Positions 28,550 through 38,436 are shown, numbered from the stretch's first letter. The stretch: DNA of 64,000 nt from Candidatus Obscuribacteraceae bacterium (GCA_044226015.1 JBGAHS010000001.1:320001-384000); one strand, 5' to 3'. The notes: generated by a model from the sequence alone, not told the origin. Numbers and translations: made by a program.

Positions 28550-29629
28550 ATGTTTGGCAAGAAAAAAGGCGAAAAGGTTACCCAAGAGCAGGTATTGGCA
28601 GCTCTTTCGAAGGTGATGGACCCCGATTTGCATACGGACATCGTCACGCTCGGAATGATTTCCGACATTGCCATTAATGGAAGCAAAGTACACTTCAAGC
28701 TTACGCTGACAACACCAGCTTGTCCGGTGAAAGAAAAGCTCGAACAGGAAGCTAAAGAATCAGTGGCTGCTATTCCTGGTGTTGAAGAAGTGACAATGGA
28801 ATCAACAGCAACTGTCTCTTCACGCGGGAAGGTTGCAGGCAGAGAAGATGTGCCTGGCATCAGCCAAATCATAGCTGTGACATCGGGCAAGGGTGGCGTT
28901 GGAAAAACCACTGTTTCTATCAATCTTGCTGTAGCCCTTTCCAAGCTCGGCGCAAAAGTTGGCTTGTTGGATGCTGATATTACCGGTCCTAACGCACCGC
29001 TGATGCTTGGTGTCGGAGGGTATGAACCAACAACCCATGATAATAAGATTGTTCCGGCTGAGAATTTTGGGGTTAAGTGCATCTCGATGGCATTTTTTGT
29101 TTCGAGTGACACTCCTGTCATTTGGCGCGGACCAATGCTTGATAAAGCAATCAGACAATTTTTGAGAGATGTTGATTGGGGTGAACTCGATTATCTCGTG
29201 GTGGACATGCCTCCGGGCACTGGTGACGCTCAATTGACGATGTGCCAGGCTACTAATCTTGCTGGCGGTCTGGTTGTGACGACACCACAGGGAGTGGCAT
29301 GCTTGGACGCTCGAAAGGGTGTAGCGATGTTCCAGCAGATGCATGTGCCAGTTCTCGGAATGGTAGAGAACATGAGCTATTTCCTCAGCCCGCAAGGTGA
29401 GCGACTTGATATTTTTGGACATGGTGGTGGCAAGGCTCTGGCTGAAGAGTTGGAAATTCCATTCATTGGTGAAATTCCGCTGGAAACGGCAGTTCGTGTT
29501 GGTGGTGACACTGGCGCACCGATAGCCGCTACAGACCCAGACTCCGCTGCATCACAAGCGTTTCTCGAAATCGCTAAGAAGCTAGCTGCTCAAGTAAGTA
29601 TTCAGGCAATGCAGCCTGTTACTTGTTAG
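28550..29629 (+). CDS. apbC: Mrp/NBP35 Fe-S carrier ATPase
   Basis: TTPACP domain, SGKGGVGKTT, WRGPM, DMPPGTGD, ENMS. Confidence 0.95.
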   Translation: MFGKKKGEKVTQEQVLAALSKVMDPDLHTDIVTLGMISDIAINGSKVHFKLTLTTPACPVKEKLEQEAKESVAAIPGVEEVTMESTATVSSRGKVAGREDVPGISQIIAVTSGKGGVGKTTVSINLAVALSKLGAKVGLLDADITGPNAPLMLGVGGYEPTTHDNKIVPAENFGVKCISMAFFVSSDTPVIWRGPMLDKAIRQFLRDVDWGELDYLVVDMPPGTGDAQLTMCQATNLAGGLVVTTPQGVACLDARKGVAMFQQMHVPVLGMVENMSYFLSPQGERLDIFGHGGGKALAEELEIPFIGEIPLETAVRVGGDTGAPIAATDPDSAASQAFLEIAKKLAAQVSIQAMQPVTC

Positions 29630-29684
29630 GCGAACGATCTGTCTTAAGGACTAAGTCCTTTTGAATATTGCAGTCATATTGAGT

Positions 29685-29860
29685 GAAACTTCGCAGTTCA
29701 GCTCACATTTGTTGCGATCCCGACTTGGGTTCCCGCTGCGAGCTTGAGGGACCGAGTTGCGATCCAGAGCTGGCTTACCGGTAGTTGGGAGCCACGCCAA
29801 CCGAACTGTGGCAAGGGATGAAAACTCGGAAAGCTGTCTCAGCAGCTGAACTCGTGTTTT
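29685..29860 (+). ncRNA. ssrS: Probable 6S RNA (cyanobacterial type)
   Basis: About 176 nt; closing stem AGTTCAGCT/AGCTGAACT, internal bubble, CCGAGTT/AACTCGG stem, branched apex; GATCCCGACTTG and CCACGCCAACCGAACTGTGGC resemble cyanobacterial 6S as I recall it; strand less certain. Confidence 0.65.
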
Positions 29861-29873
29861 GAGTTTATTTTCT

Positions 29874-32800
29874 CTACGCTCTGTTGCTTTTGGCGGAGTT
29901 CTGCGCTTGGAGCAAAATGGAAATTTTATTGCCAGTTTCATTTGAGAAAATGACGAACTTTCCATCGTGACTTTCGATTATGCGAAATGCCAGAGTCAAT
30001 AGCAGCCAGGCATTTGCTTCGGCTGCTGGGGCGCTGCTAATAGCTGTGGCGCTGTCTCGGTCAAGCAGGCTTGCTCTTTGCTCTGCGCTCAGTGGAGCTG
30101 CATCGTCTCGCAGGGTTACTGAAATTCCTTCGGGCAGCTTTTGTATTGTTAGCTTTTGTCTTCGTGCCTTGCGAGCAGCGCTGAAAGCTATAATTCCACT
30201 TACAGCTCGAGTAAGTCTTTCTGGGTCTGCCTCAACCGAATTAGATGCTGCGTTTTCAATGTTTTCTATTTGAATTTGGCGACCCGATTGCTCAACTGCT
30301 TTCTTCAGCATATCTTTCAGCACGACGGTCTCTTTTGAGAGCTGCATCTTGCCTGCTTCAATTTTGTCAATATCCAGGAGGTCATTGATCAAGTCGATCA
30401 GTCTTCCGCAGTTTTGGCTGGCGTCTTGCAAGAATGGCTTGTCTTCCTCTGGAACGGGACCCACTGCTCCAACAGAAATGAGGTCGATTGCGCCCAAAAT
30501 CGATGTTAGCGGTGTTCTCAAATCATGACTGACCATGGCCAGGAATTCTTTCTTCATACCTTCTAGTTGTTTGCGCGCTGTTATATCGTGAGCTACGCAA
30601 AACAAGAAGGGCTCGCCTTCTTTTTTCGCAATGCTCCATAAAGTGTTGACTTCTTTTCCGTTTGCGTGGCGCACTCTGCTTTCGAAATTGGCATGGGGAG
30701 TCTGATTCTCTTCCGAAAAAGCTTTTCGTGTAGTTTCAATGTCTTCGGCGTTGGTAAGCGAAAAAAGGTCTTTCTCTTTGAGGTCATCTTTGCTATAGCC
30801 CCAGATTTTTTCGCAAGCCGGGTTGAAACTAAGCCACTTGCCACTCGGCTCCATAACACAGATTGCGTCTTGAGAGTTATCAAAAATAGAGCGTTCTTTT
30901 CTTCTGGCTTCTGCAAGAATGTTTGCGCTCTGGTGAAAGGATTGATCAAGCTTCGCGATTTCATCTGAACCTTCTAGAACAGCGTTAAGTTCTTTATCGT
31001 TGGCTAGTCTGTTTGCATTATCAACTAAAACCATTAATCGAGAATTGATATCTTTACTGAAAAATACTACGAGCAAAAGCGAAGCTAGTATATTTGTGGC
31101 GAACCCTGTGAGCAAGACTCCTTCTTGCAAACGTCGCAGTTCAAGCTGTTTCGCGGGGCTTGATGATTCGCGGTGCTCGACCTGTACTGCCATTTTTTCC
31201 AGGCTGTGAAAAAATGTGATGGATGCTGCGATGCCACCACTTCTTTTCATTGTCCCAAGTGTTCGCGTCATCTCGGGGCTGGCACCCGGTGGCATAGGTG
31301 TGCCACCTTCCTCCGAATCATCACTTTGGCTTGGGGCTTCAACTGCTTCGACCTCGTCAACTCTTCGGCGGTGACGGCGACGGTGACGCTTGTTTCTATC
31401 TTGTGGCAGGCTGAAGAAGTTCTCTTTCTCGGCTAACTTTTTATCAACAATTTGCTCACATTTTGTTAGCACAGGGTCGTCTCTTACCAGCTCTTTTAGC
31501 TCGGTTTCAGCAACTCTTGCTCGTATCAAGTCTTCCTTGGCTATAAGAAGGTTTTGCTGTTTGCCGGAACCGTAAAGGCGTGAGAGTCGAACCTGCGCAT
31601 CGGAGGTATTGGATAAAATGATGAATGCTTTGATTGAAATCATGCGATTGTGCGCTTGTTGTAATCTCTCGTTTTCAACTTGCCAGAATAAATACGCCAG
31701 GCTTCCGGCAAGCACGATTTCACACAAAATTGGCACGCTGACAAGCAGCATGCCCTTTCCTGTTAATCCAATCTTGCTGAAGGGTGACTGCTTAACTGTT
31801 CCTTTTGCAGAATTTAGTTTGGCCGATTCGCGCAGAGACGGCTTTAAAGATGCTGCTGTTATAGATTTGGATTTTGGGCGAGCGACAAGTTTATTTGTTT
31901 GGTTATCGTAAAGGGGAATGGTGAACCAAAAGGTAGAACCTTTACCGTCACTTTCGACATCTATAGTGCCACCATGTTTTTCAATAATTGTTTTGCAAAT
32001 AGGTAGTCCTAGTCCCGTTCCTGCAGAGCGCTTTCCATCAGCGACTTCTGTCTGCGAGAATCGTTCGAAGATTTTTCCGCGTTGTTCTTCTGGAATTCCT
32101 CGACCCTGATCTTGCACAGAGCACTTTATGTATTCTCCGTCTATTTGAGAGCTTATGAGAATTGTCGAACCTTCCGGAGAAAATTTGATTGCGTTGGAGA
32201 TGAGGTTTACGAGAACCTGCACGATTCTGTTGGGATCTACCATCCATCGCATATTTGCTGAGTTGACTTTTAGTTCAATTCGCTTCTTTTGAGCAAGGCT
32301 TTCTACATCTTGAGCAGCTCGCCTGATCACGTCGTCAACGGTGGACTCAATCTTCTTTACTTGAATATCTGCTGTGTTGCTAGCGTTTAGTTCAAACAGT
32401 TCATCGACCAGAGAGACCAGGCGCTCAAGATTGCTGCTGGCTGAGTTCAAACGCTTTGCCGCTTTCTCTGAGAGACGACTTGGCTGGCGTTTTACAATCG
32501 CTTGCAACGAGTTGGAAATTGAATGGAGCGGCGCCATTAGATTAGAGCTAATCATTGATAGAAATCGCTGCTTAGATTTCTCGATTTGCTTGGCTTCAGT
32601 TTGATCTTGCGCGACGCCGAATAATCGTTGATCAGAATCAGACCAACTAACTGACCAGCGCATTTCGCGCTCTTTTCCATCTTTTGTAAGAACGGGCGCT
32701 TCGAAAATAACTGACTCTTGCTGAGTCAACGCTCTGTCCAATGATTCTCTGATAGTGGTGTCGTTGCTGGTGGCTATTTCCTGTAGGCGTCTTCCCTGAA

Positions 32801-33698
32801 GCTCATCCGCATCGTATCCCCACAGGGTTTTGCTTGAGGGATTTATTTTTGTTATTCGCCCTTCTCTGTCGCAAGCAAAAATGATTTCGCTTGCATTCTC
32901 AAATAAAAGCCTTTCCCGATCGGACGCAGCTACGAGCTGTCTGTGCATATGATGAATTGCGTTGTCCACAAGTGCAATTTCGTCACCATATTCGAGTACC
33001 GGATGCATTCGCTTTCCCCGAGAAAGCGCAAATGCATTCTCCGAAATTTGATTGACGCGATCCACAATGCTGCGGCGGAAATAGAAGAGCAAAGCCATTC
33101 CCGCGATAATGTTGGCTAGCAATCCTAGTGCCAGCACGATTTGCTCTGCCAGGTGAATTTCGCTTTGATGTCTGCGGATGTCGTCGGTTAACTGGTTTGC
33201 TACAGCGCAGAGCTCCTGAAGGCGGCTTGGCTTGTCCCCAATCATTTCATCCATCTCTGTCAGGCGCGCTTGAATCTCATCCATGTGCTCAAGGGCATTA
33301 CCCCTTCTGGCGATGTCAGCGAGGCTGTCAACCTTCTCCAGAATGCTTGTATGTTGCTGCCACTCTGAGTCGTCGCGATCGACCTCGGGAATTTTTTTCC
33401 AGAGTTCGCGCGCTTCTTTGAATAAATCGAGGGTTTGTTGTCGTTTGCGCTCATACGTTTCTAGCAGGACAGGCGAGTTGAACTGCAACGAGGCCATAGC
33501 TAGTAAGGGAAGCTGAGCTGTGATACTCATGAGGCGCAATCCAAGGTTTGCCCCTTGTCTGTGTATTGTTTCCTGCTCTCTTTGCTTCTCGGAGATCTCG
33601 AGCAGAATTCCAAGACCGCCGATGAAAGCAGTGCTGATCAAAAGTGGAACTCCGACCAGCACCAAGCCCTTCTGGAAAACTTTTAGTTTGACAGCCAT
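29874..33698 (-). CDS. Internally duplicated sensor histidine kinase, 2x (TM-sensor-TM-HAMP-PAS-DHp-CA)
   Basis: Two colinear modules: module 1 has ISSNLMAPL plus intact N/G1/F/G2 boxes; module 2 has VSHDLRTPL plus a degenerate ATPase. Confidence 0.9.
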   Translation of the reverse strand: MAVKLKVFQKGLVLVGVPLLISTAFIGGLGILLEISEKQREQETIHRQGANLGLRLMSITAQLPLLAMASLQFNSPVLLETYERKRQQTLDLFKEARELWKKIPEVDRDDSEWQQHTSILEKVDSLADIARRGNALEHMDEIQARLTEMDEMIGDKPSRLQELCAVANQLTDDIRRHQSEIHLAEQIVLALGLLANIIAGMALLFYFRRSIVDRVNQISENAFALSRGKRMHPVLEYGDEIALVDNAIHHMHRQLVAASDRERLLFENASEIIFACDREGRITKINPSSKTLWGYDADELQGRRLQEIATSNDTTIRESLDRALTQQESVIFEAPVLTKDGKEREMRWSVSWSDSDQRLFGVAQDQTEAKQIEKSKQRFLSMISSNLMAPLHSISNSLQAIVKRQPSRLSEKAAKRLNSASSNLERLVSLVDELFELNASNTADIQVKKIESTVDDVIRRAAQDVESLAQKKRIELKVNSANMRWMVDPNRIVQVLVNLISNAIKFSPEGSTILISSQIDGEYIKCSVQDQGRGIPEEQRGKIFERFSQTEVADGKRSAGTGLGLPICKTIIEKHGGTIDVESDGKGSTFWFTIPLYDNQTNKLVARPKSKSITAASLKPSLRESAKLNSAKGTVKQSPFSKIGLTGKGMLLVSVPILCEIVLAGSLAYLFWQVENERLQQAHNRMISIKAFIILSNTSDAQVRLSRLYGSGKQQNLLIAKEDLIRARVAETELKELVRDDPVLTKCEQIVDKKLAEKENFFSLPQDRNKRHRRRHRRRVDEVEAVEAPSQSDDSEEGGTPMPPGASPEMTRTLGTMKRSGGIAASITFFHSLEKMAVQVEHRESSSPAKQLELRRLQEGVLLTGFATNILASLLLVVFFSKDINSRLMVLVDNANRLANDKELNAVLEGSDEIAKLDQSFHQSANILAEARRKERSIFDNSQDAICVMEPSGKWLSFNPACEKIWGYSKDDLKEKDLFSLTNAEDIETTRKAFSEENQTPHANFESRVRHANGKEVNTLWSIAKKEGEPFLFCVAHDITARKQLEGMKKEFLAMVSHDLRTPLTSILGAIDLISVGAVGPVPEEDKPFLQDASQNCGRLIDLINDLLDIDKIEAGKMQLSKETVVLKDMLKKAVEQSGRQIQIENIENAASNSVEADPERLTRAVSGIIAFSAARKARRQKLTIQKLPEGISVTLRDDAAPLSAEQRASLLDRDSATAISSAPAAEANAWLLLTLAFRIIESHDGKFVIFSNETGNKISILLQAQNSAKSNRA

Positions 33699-33773
33699 GC
33701 CATGTATATACCCGGCGGATGGCTAAAACTGCGGTCGCCGAAGATTACTTGATAGACAGGGCTTTTGAGGATT

Positions 33774-34907
33774 TTAATTTGCTTTGAGGATCTTGTAGAC
33801 ATCGCGGAAAACCACACTGGCATTTATTTCAGCGCTTGAGGAAAAAACTATAATTCCCAGCTTACGTTTCGGTGAAAATCCGACATAGCTGCTTGTGCCA
33901 TTAAGCATTCCGTTCTTTCCATAAACGTCGAGCGCGTCGTCTCGAAGCCATGCGATGCAGCTAGTCGATTGCCCAGCCTTCGTTTTTGCTCGTCTTTTGC
34001 ACATTTCTATTATGTTCTCCGCAATTCTTCTTGATGCTGCAGGTGTCGCGGTATTTGATGGCGTGAACTTGATAATGCAATCAAGCAGTTTGTACATATC
34101 TTCCGTGGTTGATTTAAGTCCACCGGCTGCGCCCCCAGAGAAGGGAGCATTTTGCAGCTCTGCTCCATTTTCATCGTGTCCGACTGCTAGTCTGCTTACG
34201 GCTTCGGGTGCAATGCGCAATTTAGTTTCGTTCAAACCAAGTGGTTCCAGTATTTTTTCTTTGAGAAACTGCTCGTAAGTTTCCTGACTGACAGATTCAA
34301 TTATCTCCCCAATCAGGCGATAGCCGACATTGCTATAGCTATACTTTTCGCCAGGCAAAAACTCCAGTTTGCAGTTTGCCAGAAATTGATGGAACTGCTC
34401 AATTCCGTATTTCTCGCGATTGTTCATGTTATCTGGATTAGCTGGCAGCCCTGATGTATGTGTCGCAAGCTGGAAAACTGTAATTAGCTTGCCATTTTTT
34501 TGAGGCAAGCTCACAGTCTTTGGTAATAGTTTTTCCGCATTATCGTTGAAAGATAGTTTGTTCTCTCGCCAGAGTTCTGTAAGCAATATGCCTGTGAAAA
34601 CTTTGGTAATTGAAGCAATTTCGAAAATTGTTTTTTCGTCCGGCCTGACTACGCTTGCTCCTTTTATCGTGCCTATGCATACAGTTTTGTGTTGCTCACC
34701 ATTTGTGATGCCGATCACCAGTGCGCCTTTTTTATTCCGGCTTACAGTAGACGCAAGTTTTTCAACTTGTTTTACTAGCGATTCATCTATGCTTTTCTTT
34801 TGTGCCATCGCGCGGCAACTAAAATGAAAGGCAGCTATGAGCATCGCGCATGCAACAAGGCACTTTATTTTTAAGGAGAGGCGATTCTGAAAGCGAATTG
34901 AAAGCAT
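33774..34907 (-). CDS. Serine hydrolase, beta-lactamase (AmpC-like) family
   Basis: FEIASITK (SxxK), LATHTSGLP, YSYSN, KNG. Confidence 0.92.
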   Translation of the reverse strand: MLSIRFQNRLSLKIKCLVACAMLIAAFHFSCRAMAQKKSIDESLVKQVEKLASTVSRNKKGALVIGITNGEQHKTVCIGTIKGASVVRPDEKTIFEIASITKVFTGILLTELWRENKLSFNDNAEKLLPKTVSLPQKNGKLITVFQLATHTSGLPANPDNMNNREKYGIEQFHQFLANCKLEFLPGEKYSYSNVGYRLIGEIIESVSQETYEQFLKEKILEPLGLNETKLRIAPEAVSRLAVGHDENGAELQNAPFSGGAAGGLKSTTEDMYKLLDCIIKFTPSNTATPAASRRIAENIIEMCKRRAKTKAGQSTSCIAWLRDDALDVYGKNGMLNGTSSYVGFSPKRKLGIIVFSSSAEINASVVFRDVYKILKAN

Positions 34908-35027
34908 CGAAGGGTAGGCTCAATCTTAAGGAGAAGATTTCTCTTTTCGGGCTTGCTGACAACGTCGGCGATGTATAATTGTCCGGACATTTCGGGTAAT
35001 GATTTCATATTTTAGCGGAGCATTCCA

Positions 35028-35930
35028 ATGAAAATACTGGCGGCGGTTGACACTACCAAGCACTCTCAGAATGCTCTCAAATGCTTGAAGGGGCTAAACC
35101 TTAATCAAGATAGTGAAGTCAAGCTTGTCAAAGTTAGGAAGGGCGACCCCGGCAAAGGTGAAGCAGAGTCATACCTGCAGAAACTAACCGAGCAGTTAAA
35201 GAATGAACTCAACTGTAGTGTAAGTTACGAGGTTTTAGAGGGAGATCCCAAAAACAAGATTGTTGAAGCAATCAAAAGCTTCACAGCCGACCTTGCACTG
35301 TTGGGAACCCGTGGTCATAAGGGCATGGAATTGATGCTCTTAGGGAGCGTTTCGCAAGGCGTGTTGATGCAATCTCCTTGCCCTGTTCTCATAGTGAAAA
35401 ACAATGATGAGGACGAGTCGGGCTTGGGAAGTTTCCAGCGCATCATTCTAGCTGCAGATAATTCTGATTACTCGCAAGCTGCGTTGAATTGGCTCAAGAG
35501 ATTCAAGTGGAATGCGGATGCCTCGTTCAAAATTATTACTGTGATTCCGCATCTTTTTGAAAGCTTCGAAGATGAACACACTACCAGTATGACCAGCATT
35601 TTGGATCAGCAGCAAAGATTGCGTGAAGCTGCTGAGCGGCAACTGGAGTCTATGGCACGTTCTCTGGAGTCTCATTGTGGCTCTGAAGTGAGCATTGAAA
35701 TCACAGAAGGTGATCCCCGCGAAGAGGTTCTTCGTAGCGCCTCTGCTTGGAATGCCGATCTGATCGTAATGGGCTCTCATGGACGCACTGGACTTACCAA
35801 GCTCTTGTTGGGCAGCGTATCGCAGGCTGTTGCTCTTCATTCCGATTGCGCCGTAGCTATCGTTCGTGGGTTGGTGCAAAAGTCTAAAGTGATGCAGCAG
35901 ACAGGACGCTTCATCAAGCCTGGTAAGTAA
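35028..35930 (+). CDS. Tandem-domain universal stress protein
   Basis: Two USP domains with GTRG...LGSVS and GSHGRTG...LGSVS. Confidence 0.95.
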   Translation: MKILAAVDTTKHSQNALKCLKGLNLNQDSEVKLVKVRKGDPGKGEAESYLQKLTEQLKNELNCSVSYEVLEGDPKNKIVEAIKSFTADLALLGTRGHKGMELMLLGSVSQGVLMQSPCPVLIVKNNDEDESGLGSFQRIILAADNSDYSQAALNWLKRFKWNADASFKIITVIPHLFESFEDEHTTSMTSILDQQQRLREAAERQLESMARSLESHCGSEVSIEITEGDPREEVLRSASAWNADLIVMGSHGRTGLTKLLLGSVSQAVALHSDCAVAIVRGLVQKSKVMQQTGRFIKPGK

Positions 35931-36032
35931 AGCAAGATCGTCCCTTACTCGCGAAGAGATTTAAAATACGAAACCCCGCTTGTGGCAGGGTTCCGTAAAG
36001 GGTAAAGGCTTGGGTTCGTTTGTAGTAATAGA

Positions 36033-36095
36033 TTAGCCGAATGGGTTTAGATTCAAAATGTAGAAGAGAGCAATCTTGCTTGCATAAATCTGCAC
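36033..36095 (-). CDS. 20-aa peptide, element copy 1 (MQIYASKIALFYILNLNPFG, GTG start)
   Basis: AAGGGTG SD-like sequence upstream; ORF length conserved across all five copies. Confidence 0.5.
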   Translation of the reverse strand: MQIYASKIALFYILNLNPFG

Positions 36096-36308
36096 GGTAT
36101 ACACCCTTTGAAAAAAACAGATTGCCTGGCGCTGCATTGCAGCAGGCTCTCGTTCCGTTTGATGTTTCGATTGCTTTTATTAGCGGCTAGCACTGCTTAG
36201 AAGAATTCGATCCCCTCGGTACACTCTATTAAAGCTTTAAAATACGAAACCCCGCTTGTGGCAGGGTTTCGTAAAGGGTAAAGGCTTGGGTTCGTTTGTA
36301 GAAGTAGA

Positions 36309-36371
36309 TTAGCCGAATGGGTTTAGATTCAAAATGTAGAAGAGAGCAATCTTGCTTGCATAAATCTGCAC
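36309..36371 (-). CDS. 20-aa peptide, element copy 2 (identical to copy 1)
   Basis: Same sequence and context as copy 1. Confidence 0.5.
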   Translation of the reverse strand: MQIYASKIALFYILNLNPFG

Positions 36372-36595
36372 GGTATACACCCTTTGAAAAAAAAAACAGA
36401 TTGCCTGGCGCTGCGCAGGCACATTACAGCAGGCTCTCGTTCCGTTTGATGTTTCGATTGCTTTTGTTAGCGGCTAGCGCTGATTAGAAGAATTCGATTT
36501 CTTCGGTACACTCTATTGAAGCTTTAAAATACGAAACCCCGCTTGTGGCAGGGTTCCGTAAAGGGTAAAGGCTTGGGTTCGTTTGTAGTAATAGG

Positions 36596-36658
36596 TTAGC
36601 TGAATGGGTTTGGATTCAAAATGTAGAAGAGAGCAAACTTGCTTGCATAAATCTGCAT
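36596..36658 (-). CDS. 20-aa peptide, element copy 3 (MQIYASKFALFYILNPNPFS)
   Basis: ATG at the position equivalent to the other copies; TAA just before the conserved core. Confidence 0.5.
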   Translation of the reverse strand: MQIYASKFALFYILNPNPFS

Positions 36659-36722
36659 CATGGGCCAGTCAGAATACAAAGTAGCTGTACTTCTATGATA
36701 TGCTGGCAGTGCTAGTTGCTGG

Positions 36723-37022
36723 ATGCTGAGCGCAATGTCGTCACCTGGATATTCTGCTTTGACCGATTGGTACCTCGCGCGGCTGCGAATTGCTGCGCAG
36801 GAAATGAAAGACGCAAACTTAACTCCACGAACTCTGTTGGAAGCTGATTTCGATCTCATCAGAAAGTTAGTTCAAAGTCGCGCCGAAATTCAAGATAAGC
36901 AATATGAACAGATTGTAGCCAGGTTCAGAGCGGAAAATCGCTTGATGTGGATAGCAGAGCTGGTGATATATCTTGTCGGATTTCTTGGAACCGTGGTTTT
37001 TTGTGTTCTGTATTTGATTTGA
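36723..37022 (+). CDS. Small hypothetical protein with a C-terminal TM helix (possibly a fragment)
   Basis: 99-aa ORF ending in a hydrophobic helix; start uncertain. Confidence 0.4.
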   Translation: MLSAMSSPGYSALTDWYLARLRIAAQEMKDANLTPRTLLEADFDLIRKLVQSRAEIQDKQYEQIVARFRAENRLMWIAELVIYLVGFLGTVVFCVLYLI

Positions 37023-37026
37023 ATTT

Positions 37027-38436
37027 TTAGTCTGTTTGTAGATCTTCGTTTTTGACACGTTTGAGATTGAACGAAAATGCTGCACCGCCCGTGGTTGCGT
37101 CTTCGACCCAGATTTTTCCGCCTTGAAGTTCTATGAGTTGTCGACATATGTATAGTCCCAGTCCTGTCCCTGTGATCACATGGTTAGAGCCCACATCTTC
37201 GGATTTGAATCTCTCAAAGATACTCTTCTTCCTTGCGTCGGGCACCCCAGGTCCTTCGTCCGTGATCGTAATAGTCACAGTCTCTGCTAACACATTTTCT
37301 GTTACAACAACGGCAGAGTTGCTGGGCGAGAACTTAATCGCATTTGATATCAGGTTTGAGAAAATGTGCGATAGGTGCCCAAAGTCTGCCAGCACTATTG
37401 TTGAAGATTCTGGAAACACCACTCGAATTTGTTTTAGAGCAGCAAAATTGGAAAGCATTGTGTTGCATTGTTCATACAAATCTGTAAGAGGAATGTACTC
37501 AAATGATGCCTGCTGGTCTCCTCCTTCCAGCTTTTCAGCTTCGAGCAGCTGATTTATCATTGCCAGGATGTTTTCGGTTCCCAATTTTGCTTTAGTAATT
37601 TCTGCTTGCATCTTTTCTGGAAGTTCTCCATAGAGTCCTTTTGATAAGGATTCCATGAAGTAGCTGATGCCTGTTATGGGAGCGCGAAGGTCGTGCGTTA
37701 CCATCGCAGCAACTTCTGCTTTTAGACGCTGGTTTTGCTTCCGTTCGCTAATATCTTTGCAAAGGCAGAAATAGCAACTTAAATTGTTTGACCATTCCGA
37801 TTGAATCTCGAGGTCAATGAGTTTGGCATGTGCAGATTTTGCGCGAACTTCTAAGGTCTTTTTGTTGTCGCCTTCTTTCACTGTCTTAAAAAAGTTGAGG
37901 AATGTGGTTGAGTCCTCTTCAGCTATTATTGAGCGCGCCGGTGTACCGAGCAATGAAGCGACACTGTAACCAAGCAAACTTTCAGCTCTCAAATTGGCTT
38001 CAATGATCTTTATTTCTTCATTGAGGCATAAGAGCAGGTCCGAGCTGTAATCTGCGATCAATCTCTCGCGTTGTCTGGCGAGTTCCAGTTCTTGAACAAT
38101 ATTTTTACTGACTTCTTCCAGATTCATGTCCTCTGATTTTTCTTTGAGTTGAGCTAACAGTTTCGCCTTCGCTTCAAGTTGGGGTTCTAGAATTTCCTTT
38201 TGAAGGATTCTTGCCGTTCGGGCACAAAGAAAAGTGAGTAGCAGCCAGCTAGCAATGCATAGTAGTGTCACCCCCAGCTGTTTGTCTGAGTTTGTGGGTG
38301 CTAACTGCAGGTTTAAAGACAGAAGGGACACAAATCCAAGCAACATTATTGCAATCAACAGCAAAAGAGGATTCTTCACAAACTTACTCGCCTCGGAATG
38401 ATTCAAGTATAGTGGACATTGATGTTCCTTGAACAA
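37027..38436 (-). CDS. PAS sensor histidine kinase
   Basis: 2 TM, PAS, VTHDLRAP, NLISNAIKFS, DEGPG, GTGLGL. Confidence 0.93.
   Translation of the reverse strand: MFKEHQCPLYLNHSEASKFVKNPLLLLIAIMLLGFVSLLSLNLQLAPTNSDKQLGVTLLCIASWLLLTFLCARTARILQKEILEPQLEAKAKLLAQLKEKSEDMNLEEVSKNIVQELELARQRERLIADYSSDLLLCLNEEIKIIEANLRAESLLGYSVASLLGTPARSIIAEEDSTTFLNFFKTVKEGDNKKTLEVRAKSAHAKLIDLEIQSEWSNNLSCYFCLCKDISERKQNQRLKAEVAAMVTHDLRAPITGISYFMESLSKGLYGELPEKMQAEITKAKLGTENILAMINQLLEAEKLEGGDQQASFEYIPLTDLYEQCNTMLSNFAALKQIRVVFPESSTIVLADFGHLSHIFSNLISNAIKFSPSNSAVVVTENVLAETVTITITDEGPGVPDARKKSIFERFKSEDVGSNHVITGTGLGLYICRQLIELQGGKIWVEDATTGGAAFSFNLKRVKNEDLQTD

Larger units (their letters stand above)
35956..36661 (-). repeat. 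Three tandem copies (period 276/287 bp) of the peptide-plus-terminator element
   Basis: Core TTTAAAATACGAAACCCCGCTTGTGGCAGGGTTYCGTAAAGGGTAAAGGCTTGGGTTCGTTTGTAG near 35960, 36236 and 36523. Confidence 0.95.

Noticed and set aside
33774..34907. Call as a true antibiotic-resistance beta-lactamase
   Set aside because: SxxK and YxN motifs are shared across the serine hydrolase family, so substrate cannot be inferred from sequence alone.
35956..36661. CRISPR array interpretation of the repeated element
   Set aside because: The repeat core is about 70 bp with a period near 280 bp, the intervening sequences are homologous rather than unique spacers, and there are no cas genes in the window.
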